A stretch of 64,000 nt of DNA from assembly GCA_963814415.1 (NCBI GenBank), contig CAWFCN010000001.1:854529-918528 (forward strand), written 5' to 3'. Source of the stretch: an uncultured Actinomycetes bacterium (GTDB lineage: Bacteria > Actinomycetota > Thermoleophilia > RBG-16-64-13). This document shows, piece by piece, positions 26,193 through 36,158 of the stretch (positions within the stretch are counted from its first letter, which is position 1; each line of letters begins with the position of its first letter). A model generated the notes under the pieces. That model had not been told where the DNA came from. It made no database searches and saw only the letters and a program-made list of their open reading frames with translations. A program made the translations under genes and the position numbers.

Positions 26193-27102
26193 CGATAACG
26201 GTCTCGGGTCGTCTGTTCACTTCATCGAACACGCGCCAGAGGTATTCCCCAATCACGCCGAGCATGAGGATAACCAGACCGAGCAAGAAGGCAAGCAGCG
26301 AAGCGAGCGCGGAGAATCCCGCGATCGGTGCCTTCCCAAGGAGAGCGTGAACGACCACCGAGATGCCGTAGCCGAAACTGACAACGGCCACGACTGCACC
26401 GAAGGCGGACATCAGACGGATGGGGGTCACAGAGAATCCCAGGATGACGTCGAGCATGGCCGCAAGCCGCTTTCTGAACGTCCAGCGGGAACTGCCGTGG
26501 CTGCGCTTGGGGCGATGGTACTTGATCACTTCTGGCCGATAGCCGAGCCAGTAGCTCAAGAGCGGCGTGTAGAGGTTCTTCGAGCTCGTCATCAAGTGCG
26601 GGAGCAGGGCTCGGTCCATGAGCGCCATATCGTATCCGCCCGAAGGATAGTCGCGCAACACTAGCCTGTGGACCAGCCAATAGAATGCCTTGGAGAAGAC
26701 CCTGGAGGCCAATGGATCATCGCGGCTACTGCGCTCACAGATGGTGAACTTCGAACCCGCAAGCCACTTCTTGGCCATGTCGACGATGAGTCCGGGTGGA
26801 TCCTGCAGGTCGGCCGCCAGGATCATGAAGCAGTCGCCGGTGACAAACTGCAGACCGCACTTGGATGCATGCACCGCGCCGAAATTGCGAGTGAGTTTCA
26901 CTACCTTCGTCTCGGGCCGCGCGCCCTTGATCTTGAGCAGTTCGGCGAGCGAGCCATCGCCGGAACCATCGTCCACGAAGACGAGTTCGAGCTTCAGGTC
27001 GAGTCCGGCCAACTGTGCTTCGACGCCTTTGAGCTCGTCAAAGAGAACGGGCAGGGAACCTTCGTTGAAGTAGACGGGTATGACCACAGATAGAATGCGC
27101 AT
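26179..27102 (-). CDS. GT2 polyprenyl-phosphate glycosyltransferase (GtrB/ArnC/DPM1-like)
   Basis: LSVVIPVYFNEGSL...VFVDDGSGDGS...ILAADLQDPP plus two C-terminal TM helices. Confidence 0.85.
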   Translation of the reverse strand: MRILSVVIPVYFNEGSLPVLFDELKGVEAQLAGLDLKLELVFVDDGSGDGSLAELLKIKGARPETKVVKLTRNFGAVHASKCGLQFVTGDCFMILAADLQDPPGLIVDMAKKWLAGSKFTICERSSRDDPLASRVFSKAFYWLVHRLVLRDYPSGGYDMALMDRALLPHLMTSSKNLYTPLLSYWLGYRPEVIKYHRPKRSHGSSRWTFRKRLAAMLDVILGFSVTPIRLMSAFGAVVAVVSFGYGISVVVHALLGKAPIAGFSALASLLAFLLGLVILMLGVIGEYLWRVFDEVNRRPETVIDEVL

Positions 27103-27301
27103 CAGCCAGCCAACCTGTCGGATGTATGACGGAGGTCACGCAGAAGCATTGCCCCCTCCTGGTCAATGTCGGTCGTTTTCAAGGCGCCAACTGAACGACC
27201 GTAGCTTCCTCCAAACGATAGCACGGTTGGCGCTTCACCTCGGCTTGGAACGAGCGGTCGACGGGTCCGCGTTCGCGTGTGCGTGCGTGCTCCAAGCCCT
27301 G

Positions 27302-28279
27302 TCACGCCATGGCCTGGAGCAGGTGCTCGTGATCCAGGTTGCCGCCCGACATCACCAGCGCCACCTTTTTGCCGGCCAGCCGGTCCTTGATCTTGAGCGC
27401 CGCGGCCAAGGAGGCCGCGCCGGCGCCCTCGGCCAGGTTGTGGGTAGTCTCTATGGCTATGCGGATGCCCTGAAGGATCTCGTCCTCACTGAGTAGCACC
27501 ACGTCGGAGATGTGGTCCTTCATGATGGCGTAGGGCAGTTGAAAGACACTCCGCGCCGCGAGACCATCGGCCACCGTGTCGGCCGTCTCAAGCCGGACCC
27601 TCTCCCCCTTCTTGAGCGACTCGTAGAAGGCCGCGGCCCGCTCGGGCTGCACGCCGATGATCTCCACCGCCGGGCTCACGGCCTGAGCGACCTTGAGGAG
27701 CGAGGCGCAGCCCGATCCGCCGCCTATTGGGCAGATGATGGCGTCCACGTCCGGCAGGTCTTCGAAGATCTCCAGCCCCATGGTGCCCAGGCCGTTCAAG
27801 ATCTCCGGCTCGTTGCCCTGCTCCACGTAGTAGTAACCGGCGCTGTCGACCAGTTCGTCGCAATAGGACTGCGCGTCGTAGAAGTCGTGGCCATGGACTA
27901 TCAGGTCGGCGCCGAAGCTCTCCACGATGCGGTTGATCTCGGGATTGTTACCCTCGGGCACCACCACCGTGCAGGGCACGTGAAAGAAACGGCCGGCCCA
28001 GGCCATGGCCAGCCCGTGGTTGCCCCGCGTGGCGACCAGCACGCCCGCCTCCAGCTCTTCGCTGGACATGTGCTGCAGGAAGTTGACCGCCCCGCGGATC
28101 TTGAACGAACCGGTGGGGTTGTGGTTCTCGTGCTTGACGTAGACCTCACAACCGGCCAGGCGGGAGAGCTCAGAGTAGTAGGTCAGGTTGGTGCGCTTCA
28201 GGTACCTGTCTGTGACCGCCCGAGCCCTGATCACCCCCAGCAGGTTGACCTCGGCGCTCAGCTGCTCGTAGTTCCTCAT
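27302..28279 (-). CDS. PLP-dependent threonine/serine dehydratase family protein
   Basis: HENHNPTGSFKIRGA (PLP lysine motif) and GGGSG loop; 325 aa with no ACT regulatory domain. Confidence 0.8.
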   Translation of the reverse strand: MRNYEQLSAEVNLLGVIRARAVTDRYLKRTNLTYYSELSRLAGCEVYVKHENHNPTGSFKIRGAVNFLQHMSSEELEAGVLVATRGNHGLAMAWAGRFFHVPCTVVVPEGNNPEINRIVESFGADLIVHGHDFYDAQSYCDELVDSAGYYYVEQGNEPEILNGLGTMGLEIFEDLPDVDAIICPIGGGSGCASLLKVAQAVSPAVEIIGVQPERAAAFYESLKKGERVRLETADTVADGLAARSVFQLPYAIMKDHISDVVLLSEDEILQGIRIAIETTHNLAEGAGAASLAAALKIKDRLAGKKVALVMSGGNLDHEHLLQAMA

Positions 28280-28360
28280 GCTCGACCCTCCGCCTGGTAG
28301 TGGGTCCGTCTGGCCGCCCGCGGCGCGTGGCGCGCGCGGCCGCCGCGCCTTCGTCCCCCG

Positions 28361-28951
28361 CTAGAAGCCGAAGCCCTCGGGCAGTGACTCCGCCTTGGTA
28401 CCCGCCGGGACCCACGAGAGGTCCAGGATGGTGTACGTGGGGTTGTAGTACTTGAACACCGGCACGACCTTCTGACCCATGTGCGGCTCGCCGATGAGCA
28501 GGTAGCTCATGAGGATGGTGCATACCTCTTTGAACTCCACGTTGATGAAGCGGATCGGCTTGTCCAGGGCGTTGAAGGCGCCCGACCTCTGGCACACCAT
28601 GAAGGTGTGCACCGTGGCCGACTTCTTGGCCATCTCGGTCATGTCGATGATGGTGGTCTTGGCGAGACAATCGGGGCAGTAGATGCGGAAGGGCTGGAAT
28701 ATGGACCCTTTGGCTTCGCACTTGGGGTTGTCGCACCGGGTGGCGAGCAGCTTGCCCTTGCTGAGCGACTCGAAGAAGACCGCCTCGCCGCCATAGGTGT
28801 GCACGTAGGTGAGGTCGCGGGGCTTGGTGACCCCGACGAGCTTCCAGTTGTCGTCGGCGTCCCTGATGGGCATGTGCTGCTCGAGGCGATGGAAGTCACC
28901 CCGGAACTTGTAGCGGCCGTTCTTTACCTGTACCTGTCCGTATGAGCTCAT
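28361..28951 (-). CDS. DUF35 OB-fold / zinc-ribbon protein (enlarged, 196 aa)
   Basis: Zn ribbon CDNPKC...CPDC followed by an OB-fold region. It lies 10 nt downstream of the thiolase-fold gene. Confidence 0.7.
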   Translation of the reverse strand: MSSYGQVQVKNGRYKFRGDFHRLEQHMPIRDADDNWKLVGVTKPRDLTYVHTYGGEAVFFESLSKGKLLATRCDNPKCEAKGSIFQPFRIYCPDCLAKTTIIDMTEMAKKSATVHTFMVCQRSGAFNALDKPIRFINVEFKEVCTILMSYLLIGEPHMGQKVVPVFKYYNPTYTILDLSWVPAGTKAESLPEGFGF

Positions 28952-28961
28952 CTTGGGCCTC

Positions 28962-30398
28962 TCAAGCGTCTTTGCTGAGTAGATGGTCGGGATGCATGAG
29001 TATGGTGGCCGTCACGTGCGAGCCCACGCCCGCGTGACTCACCGAGAGGGCCCGCTTGGCGCCCTTGACCTGCAGGTCGGTCCAATCGTCCGGCTTCACC
29101 CGTCCGAACTCCTTCCACCGCTTCTCGTCGCCGTGTACCTCGGCCCACCGGCCCCAGAGCTGGGTGGCTATCTCGAACACCTGCATGATCCCGCTCGCGC
29201 CCACCGCGTGCATGCAGCCGATCAGGCCGCCCGAGAGGTTGCTGGGCAGCTTGCCCGGCTTCCCGGTGTGTGGGTTGGTGTGGTAGCAGTCGCCCGACTC
29301 CACGAAGTCACGCCCGTGGCCGTATGGTCGTATGCCGATGTCCTCGTAGGTCTGCACGTCGCTGATAGTGAAGGCGTCGTGGAGTTCGATGACATCGAAG
29401 TCCTCCATGGGATCCACCACGCCGGTCATGCGGTAGCCATAGTACGCCGCCATGCGGGCCGCCAAGAAGCCGGTGAAGCCCGGATAGCGGTCGCCGCCCG
29501 GGAACTCCTTGCCCAGGTTCTTGTACTGGTCGGCGGTCTCGTTGGGCAGCAGAGGGATGGCCATGTCGCGCCGGTCGGCCGGACGCAGAGTGTGCGAGCC
29601 GGCGGTGACCCAGATGCGGAGCGGCGTGTTCTTGGTGTTCTTGGTGAGCTCGAGCGCCGTCTCTTCGTCGCAGAGGATCGCGCAGGCCGCGCCCACACTC
29701 ATGAGGCAGGCGTCGAGCGCTCGCAGCGGGTCGGCGACCATAGGACTCACCAGCACGTCGTCCACGGTGATCTTCATGGCCCCGTGCGCGAAGGGATTGA
29801 AGCGCGCGTAGCCGTGGTGCTTCACCGAGATCTCGGCCAGGGTGCGGCGGAACGAGGCCTCGGCCTTGGCGAACACCTGCCAGTACTTCTGCGCCATTAC
29901 CGCGTAGTAGCCGGTGTAGATCTGGCCCATGGGCGATTCCCAGTCGCGGTCGGCCGCGGAGGCTATGAGGAAGTTGCCCTCGTCGGTGGGCACCTCGTCC
30001 ATGCGCTCCCAGCCCATGGCGAGCACGCAGTCGGAGTAGCCTGAGGCCACTGCCTTGGCGGCTTCCCACAGGGTCGAGCCACCGGTGGCGCCGCCCGACT
30101 TGATGCCCACGTTGCCCAGCGGGTCCAGGCCCAGGCGGTCGTGGATGACAGCCTCGCCAAGCAACTGGTCGCCGAAATGGTCGGCGAAATGCCCGTAGTA
30201 GCAGGTGTGGACGTACTTCTTCAGTTCAGCGGGAGTGAGGTCCAGGAGCTCGGCCGCCATGGTAAGCGCGTCCACGCATAGCTCTTCGGTGCGCTTCTCG
30301 GGTATGGCCCGGTCGTACTTGGACTGGCCGGCGGTCACCAAGTAGACGGGTCTCATGTACTTGGGGGTCTTGAGTTGCTGTTCGCTGAACTTGATCAT
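28962..30398 (-). CDS. thiolase-fold protein lacking both catalytic cysteines (Ltp2-like aldolase candidate)
   Basis: SCP2-thiolase layout, but the nucleophile motif N-x-C-A-T-G-S reads SGGATGGS and E-x-HDCF reads IELHDAF. The His motif CMHAVGASG is retained. Confidence 0.7.
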   Translation of the reverse strand: MIKFSEQQLKTPKYMRPVYLVTAGQSKYDRAIPEKRTEELCVDALTMAAELLDLTPAELKKYVHTCYYGHFADHFGDQLLGEAVIHDRLGLDPLGNVGIKSGGATGGSTLWEAAKAVASGYSDCVLAMGWERMDEVPTDEGNFLIASAADRDWESPMGQIYTGYYAVMAQKYWQVFAKAEASFRRTLAEISVKHHGYARFNPFAHGAMKITVDDVLVSPMVADPLRALDACLMSVGAACAILCDEETALELTKNTKNTPLRIWVTAGSHTLRPADRRDMAIPLLPNETADQYKNLGKEFPGGDRYPGFTGFLAARMAAYYGYRMTGVVDPMEDFDVIELHDAFTISDVQTYEDIGIRPYGHGRDFVESGDCYHTNPHTGKPGKLPSNLSGGLIGCMHAVGASGIMQVFEIATQLWGRWAEVHGDEKRWKEFGRVKPDDWTDLQVKGAKRALSVSHAGVGSHVTATILMHPDHLLSKDA

Positions 30399-30494
30399 CT
30401 GTCCCTTCTTGTTCCGATCGCCTTATACGCGGGCCGGGCCCGGCTGATGGTCAGATGCCTATGATAATGCGTGAGTGGGGCTTAGCGCCAACGT

Positions 30495-32021
30495 TCACGG
30501 CGCGGTGGGCAGGCGCGTCTCGCCCAGGTCTTTGCCGCTGAAGCCGTAGCTGAAGATCATGCGGTCGGTTATCCACTCCACTGGAGCCTTGTCGTCGGTC
30601 CAGTAATCGGCCATGGGGCCCACCTGCGCCCACTGGGTGATCAGCAAGTCCTCAAGCGGCAGAAGGTCCGCATGCGCCGACCTGGCCCTCTCGCCCAGGA
30701 CCGCAAGATCCGGCGGGTCGGCGAACCCCAGCACCAACTGGTTGAAGCGCAGTGCCGGCCACGTCATGACCAGGGGGAACTGCGTGGCCAGCGTGCCCGC
30801 GATGGACCGCGAGAGCCTGTCGTCCCCCGGTACGGTGGAGACGTTCAGGGCCACGATGCCGTCGGGGGTCAGGTGGTCGCGGCAGAGCTTGAAGAACTCC
30901 GCGGTGGCCAGGTAGAACGGCACGTAGGGCTGCCGGTAGGCATCGATGAAGATCAGGTCGTACTTCTTCTCCGTGGTGAGCAGAAAGGGACGGGCGTCGG
31001 CCGTTATCAGCTTCAGGTTCGGATTGTCGCCGGCCCCGAAATACTCGGTGGCCACGGCGTTGACTTCTGAGTCTATCTCCACCCCGTCGTACTGCACATC
31101 GGGGTAGTACACGCCGAACGCGCGGCCCGTGGTGCCTCCGGCGTTACCCAACATGGCCACGTGCTCCGCCGGCCGGCCCAGAAGCGGCGGGACCGCCAGA
31201 AACATGTCCCACTCGCCCCCGGTGAGCACCGCGTCGGGGCGCCACTCCGAATGGACGGCGAACCCCTCGTTGAGGTACAGCATGTGCTTCTCGCCGCTCT
31301 CTACCACCCGCATGAACTGATAGCGAGACTCCCCCTCGTAGATGAGTCCCGAGGTCGCTTTGACCGACCCCGGCGGGATGGCGATGAGGCCGCCCAGGAC
31401 CACGGCCACTATCAGCCAGCGCCACCCCAGCAAGAGAGTCGCCGCGGCCGCTATAAGCGTCGCCGCCGCGAGCAGCGTGCGCTGGGTGCCTATGAGCGGG
31501 ATCGAGAGGAGCGGCGGCAGGAAAGTGCCCACCAGGCTGCCGGCAGTGGAGAGGGCGAAGATACGGCCGGCCGTCGAACCTGCCTTCTCTGGGTCCGTGA
31601 TGCCTATGCGGATGGCGAAGGGGCTCACCATTCCAAAGAGCACCACCGAAGGGACGAAGAGCACCACGCAGGCGAAGAAGGAGCCAACTACGGCCCCCAC
31701 CGAGGTAGAGTCGATGCCGTTGATGGTGACATTCAAGAACGGCCGCGCCGCGAAGGGCACCACGGCCGTGAGCACGGCCCCGCATAGCACCACGATGCCG
31801 AGCACCCGCGGGCTGGGGTGCCGGTCGGCCAGCTTGCCGCCCAGCACGTAGCCCAACGACAGCGCCACCAATATGAGGCCTATGATGTTCGCCCACACCA
31901 CGGTCGAAGAACCGTAATAGGGAGCGAGTAGCCTAGAAGCGCACATCTCGGTGGCCATAGACCCGGTGCCCGCGAAGAACACCAGCCAACTCAGTGTGCC
32001 CTTGCGTAACTTGTGCTCCAC
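30495..32021 (-). CDS. fused membrane (MFS-like) / spermidine-synthase-like protein
   Basis: About 7 N-terminal helices are followed by GNAGGTTGRAF...VEIDSEV...DLIFIDAYRQPYVPFYLATAEFF. Confidence 0.75.
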   Translation of the reverse strand: MEHKLRKGTLSWLVFFAGTGSMATEMCASRLLAPYYGSSTVVWANIIGLILVALSLGYVLGGKLADRHPSPRVLGIVVLCGAVLTAVVPFAARPFLNVTINGIDSTSVGAVVGSFFACVVLFVPSVVLFGMVSPFAIRIGITDPEKAGSTAGRIFALSTAGSLVGTFLPPLLSIPLIGTQRTLLAAATLIAAAATLLLGWRWLIVAVVLGGLIAIPPGSVKATSGLIYEGESRYQFMRVVESGEKHMLYLNEGFAVHSEWRPDAVLTGGEWDMFLAVPPLLGRPAEHVAMLGNAGGTTGRAFGVYYPDVQYDGVEIDSEVNAVATEYFGAGDNPNLKLITADARPFLLTTEKKYDLIFIDAYRQPYVPFYLATAEFFKLCRDHLTPDGIVALNVSTVPGDDRLSRSIAGTLATQFPLVMTWPALRFNQLVLGFADPPDLAVLGERARSAHADLLPLEDLLITQWAQVGPMADYWTDDKAPVEWITDRMIFSYGFSGKDLGETRLPTAP

Positions 32022-32115
32022 TTACACTCCCTCTCCGGTTATCGGTCCGACACCTGATTGTCTACGTTCCCATGGACGGGCCGCCGCGTCCAGTCCGCGG
32101 GATCCGCCAGCCTGG

Positions 32116-33149
32116 CTACAGCGCTTGCCCCCGCAGGTCGGCGACCGTCCTAGCGAACGCCTCCTCCGGCGAGACCGGCGGGTGATAGTCGAAGTCGCGC
32201 GCGACCTTGTCGTGGCTGTAGGTGTGGTCCACGCAGGTCTGCACCACCGCGAAGCGGTTGAAGTTGGAGCGCGGCGCCACCACCTCGGCCAGGCAGGCCA
32301 GCCCGTAGGCCACCGGATAGGGGATGCGCACCCGAGGCACCGGAAGGTCCAGCTCCTCCAGGAACGGGTCCATGAAGGCGAAGAAGTTGCTCGCCGGGTA
32401 GTGGTCGCCGACGAAGTAGGCCTGCCCCGCCACGGCCGAACCCGGGTAGAGGTGCGCCGCGGCGCACAGGTGGGCGTGGGCCACGTTCTCGGAGTAGGCG
32501 TGGCTGAAGCAGGCCTTGCCGCTGCCCAGCCGCAGCTTGTTGCCCTTGCGGGCCATGGCCACGATGTTGCCCATGTGGTAACGGTCGCGCGGACCGTACA
32601 TGCCCACGGGTCGGAGCGCGCAGGTGGCCAGGTCGGGGCCGTCGGCGGCCAGGACCAGCCGCTCCGCTTCGATCTTGGTGCGCGAGTACGCATCCTTGGG
32701 CATGCGCTTGGGATACGGCAGCGACTCGTCGCCGTAGACTATGGGGCGGCGACCGTCGACCACCACGTCGATGGTGCTGGTGTAGACCAGACGCCGGATG
32801 CCCAGCTCGCGGCAGACCTCCACCACCAACCGGTTGCCGTGCCACGTTGACCTCGTCGTAGACCCGGTCCGGGGTGTTCACGTCCCACACGGCGGCGGCG
32901 CGTCTGGAACACCACCTCGGCGCCCGCGCACACGGCGGATACGTCCTCGCGGGAACGCAGGTCGCCCAGCCGGCTCTCACAGATGGTCTCCGGCGGCGCC
33001 TGGAGGTCCAGGATGCTCACCTGCTTGCCCACCGCGACCAGTCGTTTGGCGATCTCGAAGCCCAACATGCCCGCGCCGCCGATGACGGCGGCGCGCTCGA
33101 AGTCTCGCGTCTCGCGCCGCGCCGTGGGCGCGGGGTCGCGGTCCGTCAC
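32116..33149 (-). pseudogene. 3beta-hydroxysteroid dehydrogenase / NAD-dependent epimerase-family gene with two +1 frame disruptions
   Basis: GTG at 33149 overlaps the upstream stop (GTGA). Rossmann motif AAVIGGAGMLG. The frame changes near 32897 (..VVFQ | AAAVWDVNTPDRVYDEVNV) and near 32843 (..NVA | GNRLVVEVCRELGIRRLVYTST). Confidence 0.75.
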
Positions 33150-33445
33150 GCTTGCCCTCCGCCGCCCGCCGCCGGCGCCGGCGCGGGCCGCACCGTGATG
33201 GCCTTCTGAGGGCACCCCGTGACGCAGTCGCCGCAGCGCGTGCACAGCGAGGCCCAGAGCGGCGTCACCCGCCACTTCTTGGGGTCGCAGGGGTCTTCTT
33301 CCACCGCCCCCAGGGTCTGGTGCAGCAGAAAGATGGCGGGCTTGCAGACTCGCAAGCAGACCCCGCACTCGCGCGGGTCGACGCCCACGCCGTCGCCGCA
33401 GCGGGCGTAGTCGATGGCGATGCGGGTCCTTCCGAAGAGCGTCAC
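33146..33445 (-). CDS. small ferredoxin-like protein (99 aa)
   Basis: CGVCLRVC and CTRCGDCVTGCP motifs. GTG start 23 nt after the upstream stop, with no clear SD. Confidence 0.55.
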   Translation of the reverse strand: MTLFGRTRIAIDYARCGDGVGVDPRECGVCLRVCKPAIFLLHQTLGAVEEDPCDPKKWRVTPLWASLCTRCGDCVTGCPQKAITVRPAPAPAAGGGGQA

Positions 33446-33468
33446 GCGCGCAGTCTCACGGACGGGCC

Positions 33469-34338
33469 CTAGTACTTGCCGGCGTAGGCCGGCAGTTCGT
33501 CGCGCGGGATGAGGAAGAGCGCGTCTGTGGCGCAGGCGTGGCGGCAGACCCCGCAGCCGTAGCAGTGCTCCAGGTCGACCACCGGCCGGTCCAGCTTCTT
33601 GTCCATGCGCAGGGCACCGAACGAGCACATGTCCACGCAGGCCCCGCAGCCGGAACACGCATCGTCGTTCAGCCCGATGAGGTATTCGCCCTTGTGGATG
33701 GACTTCACCTCGAAATCCACGCGCGGCCGGATGCCGGCGCACTCGGGGACGGCGCACGAGCAGAGGTTGTTGATGTAGGGATAGGGCCCGTACCAGATGG
33801 TGCCTATGTAGCCCTTGGCGTTGTGCTCCTTGAAGCGGGCCACTGCCTCTTCGCGCGTGAGATGGTACTTCTCCTTCTCGGGCACGAAGCGGGGCAGCTT
33901 GTCGATGATCTCGGACATCACCCCGAAGTTGATGCAGCAGGCCTCTTTGACCCCCCGGCTCATGTAGCGGCACATGCAGTTCTTCTCGATGAGAGGCTCC
34001 GCCGCGCAGTGCTCCAGGATGGCGATGGCGTCCTCCATGGGCACCACCTGGCCGATGTGTCCCTCGGGTCGGAAAGGATTCGCGGGGGGCTTCTTGCTGT
34101 GCAGCATGCGCTCCGCCGTGCGCTTGACTATCCGGCCGATGATGGGCATCTGGAAGGTGTGGTCTATGCCCACAGGGTTGAACCCGGACACCTTGCGCAC
34201 GGACATCTGTTCGAAGTTGAGGTACTGCTCCAGCAGGAACTCGCGGAGGTTGTACTTCTCCGCTACCTCATTGGAGTAGCTCTCGGCGTTCAGGTACCAC
34301 TTGCCACCCGCGCCATGTTGCATGCAGTGATCACACAT
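33469..34338 (-). CDS. uncharacterised Fe-S protein with N-terminal CDHC motif and C-terminal 2x[4Fe-4S] domain
   Basis: MCDHCMQHGAGGKWYLN..., Cys-rich middle (CMCRY, CCINFG, CSCAVPEC), and C-terminal CSGCGACVDMC / CYGCGVCRHAC. Confidence 0.7.
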   Translation of the reverse strand: MCDHCMQHGAGGKWYLNAESYSNEVAEKYNLREFLLEQYLNFEQMSVRKVSGFNPVGIDHTFQMPIIGRIVKRTAERMLHSKKPPANPFRPEGHIGQVVPMEDAIAILEHCAAEPLIEKNCMCRYMSRGVKEACCINFGVMSEIIDKLPRFVPEKEKYHLTREEAVARFKEHNAKGYIGTIWYGPYPYINNLCSCAVPECAGIRPRVDFEVKSIHKGEYLIGLNDDACSGCGACVDMCSFGALRMDKKLDRPVVDLEHCYGCGVCRHACATDALFLIPRDELPAYAGKY

Positions 34339-34391
34339 CGAGAGCCATGATGACTGAGATGGGGGCCCCGGCGCAAGAGGCGCAGGCCGCC

Positions 34392-36150
34392 TCAGCTCTT
34401 CTTTCTCAGCTTCGCGGTGGCGGCGTGGTCGACCGTCTGGGTCAGGGGGTCGATGACCACCTTGTAGACCTCGCGGGCCATCATGACGCTCACCAACTCA
34501 TTGACCACGTCTTCGCGCACCGCCTGCGGGGTCGCGCTCTTCGGGCCGGCCCACCCCGGCTCCGCCCCCGGTGAGGGTCAGCAGGTGATCGCCTGCCTTC
34601 AGCCGCATGTCACGGTGGGGCTCGGTGATCTCGATCGTCTCCGCGCCCCGCTGCACATAGGCGTGATTCAGGGGCGTATCCCCGCCACCGTGCTGTCCCT
34701 TGCCCTGGGTGCTGAAGCCCGAGCAAGAGCCAAGGCCCAGGTTGGCATCGCCGCCCTCGTTCACCGCCTCCCAGACTACTGCCGGGGGCGCCGCGCCACC
34801 GGCCGGGGCCATGTGAATCGGCACGGAACTCGTATCGTTCGATATGCCAGGGAAAGCGCGCCATCTCTTCTTCGGCGTCGGTCTTGCCCACCACTCCCAG
34901 CGTGCCCATGTCGCAGGTGCACTGATATCCGTCGTACCCGGTGACCGCGCCGCCGCCGGCGGCCGCGCAGAACGAGCTGTACACGTACATGCCCTCGGCT
35001 TCCTGCTCCTTGCCGACGATTATGGGGCCGATCAATCGCGCATACGGCGACACGGCCTGATCGGGCAGGGCCTGAGACATCACGTCGAGCACGGTCTCGA
35101 TGACCGTGGCGCCGGTTATGGCGGTGGCGCTGGCCACCAGAGCACCGGGGTGGCAGTCGACCACTGAGCCCTTGCGGGTGATCACGTGTATGGGCCGCAT
35201 GCTGCCCTCGTTGTGATAGGCGGCCAGCTCACTGCCTAAGAACAGGAAGCTGGTGCAAAGCACGTTGCTCAAGATGGGCGGGTAGTAGCAGTTGATCATG
35301 CCGGCCACCTGGTCGTCCGACGCGGACAAGTCGAAGTAGAGCTCGCCGCCCTTGATGGTCAGCTCGCAGCGGACGGTGACCGGCCGCCCGAACGTGAGCC
35401 CGTCGTCATCGGTCTGGGCCTCGGCGGTCCAGGTGCCTTCGGGCCACTGCGCGATCTTGGCCCGCACGGCCTTCTCGGTGCGCTCGATCATCTCATTCGA
35501 CGCACTCGACGCACGGTGGCCTTGCCGTACCTACCCAGCAGTTGCACCATGCGCTGCTCGGCCACCGTGGTGCTGCCCATGAGCGAGGCCATCTCCCGCC
35601 GCATCATGTCCGGGAGCCGATTGTTGGCCAAGATCAGCTCGACCACGTCTTCGCGCAGTTGGTTGTTCTCGGCGACCTTGATCATGGGGATATGTAGCCC
35701 CTCGGCTATGGCATCGCCGGCCAGGAAGTGACTGCCGGCCTGCGCTCCGCCGTTGTCGGCCACATGGGTGCCCATGCAGGTGAAGAAGAGCAGCTCATCC
35801 TCGTAGAAGATGGGCTTGATGAAGACCCAGTCGGGCAGATGTATCGCGCCTTCGCTGGGCAGGTTGGTCAGGTAGATATCACCCGGGCGGATGCGGTCGC
35901 CGAACTTCTCCCTCACCCGGCGTATGGGGTAGGTGCTCGAGATGAGGCGCGGTGGGAAACCCTCGGGGATGGCGATCGCGCGGCCCTCGGCGTCCCAGAT
36001 GCCGTAGGCCAGATCGTGAAGCGTGACCACCAGTACGTTGGTGGCGGTGCGCTCCGCCGCATACCTCATCTCCCTGCAGACCCTCTGTATGTAGTGCCAG
36101 ATGGTCGCGACGGTTATGGGGTCCGCGGTATTCGCGCAGTCGGTCATCAC
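34392..36150 (-). pseudogene. hyuB: hydantoinase B/oxoprolinase-family gene, copy A, four +1 frame disruptions
   Basis: Colinear with copy B through all shifts. The breaks are near 35505 and 35495 (..TVRR|CVE|EMIERTEK), near 34780 (RGAPG|VVWEAVNEGG) and in the C-run 34528-34531 (RDP|QAVREDVVNELVSV...KKS*). Confidence 0.8.
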
Positions 36151-36158
36151 AAGCGGGG

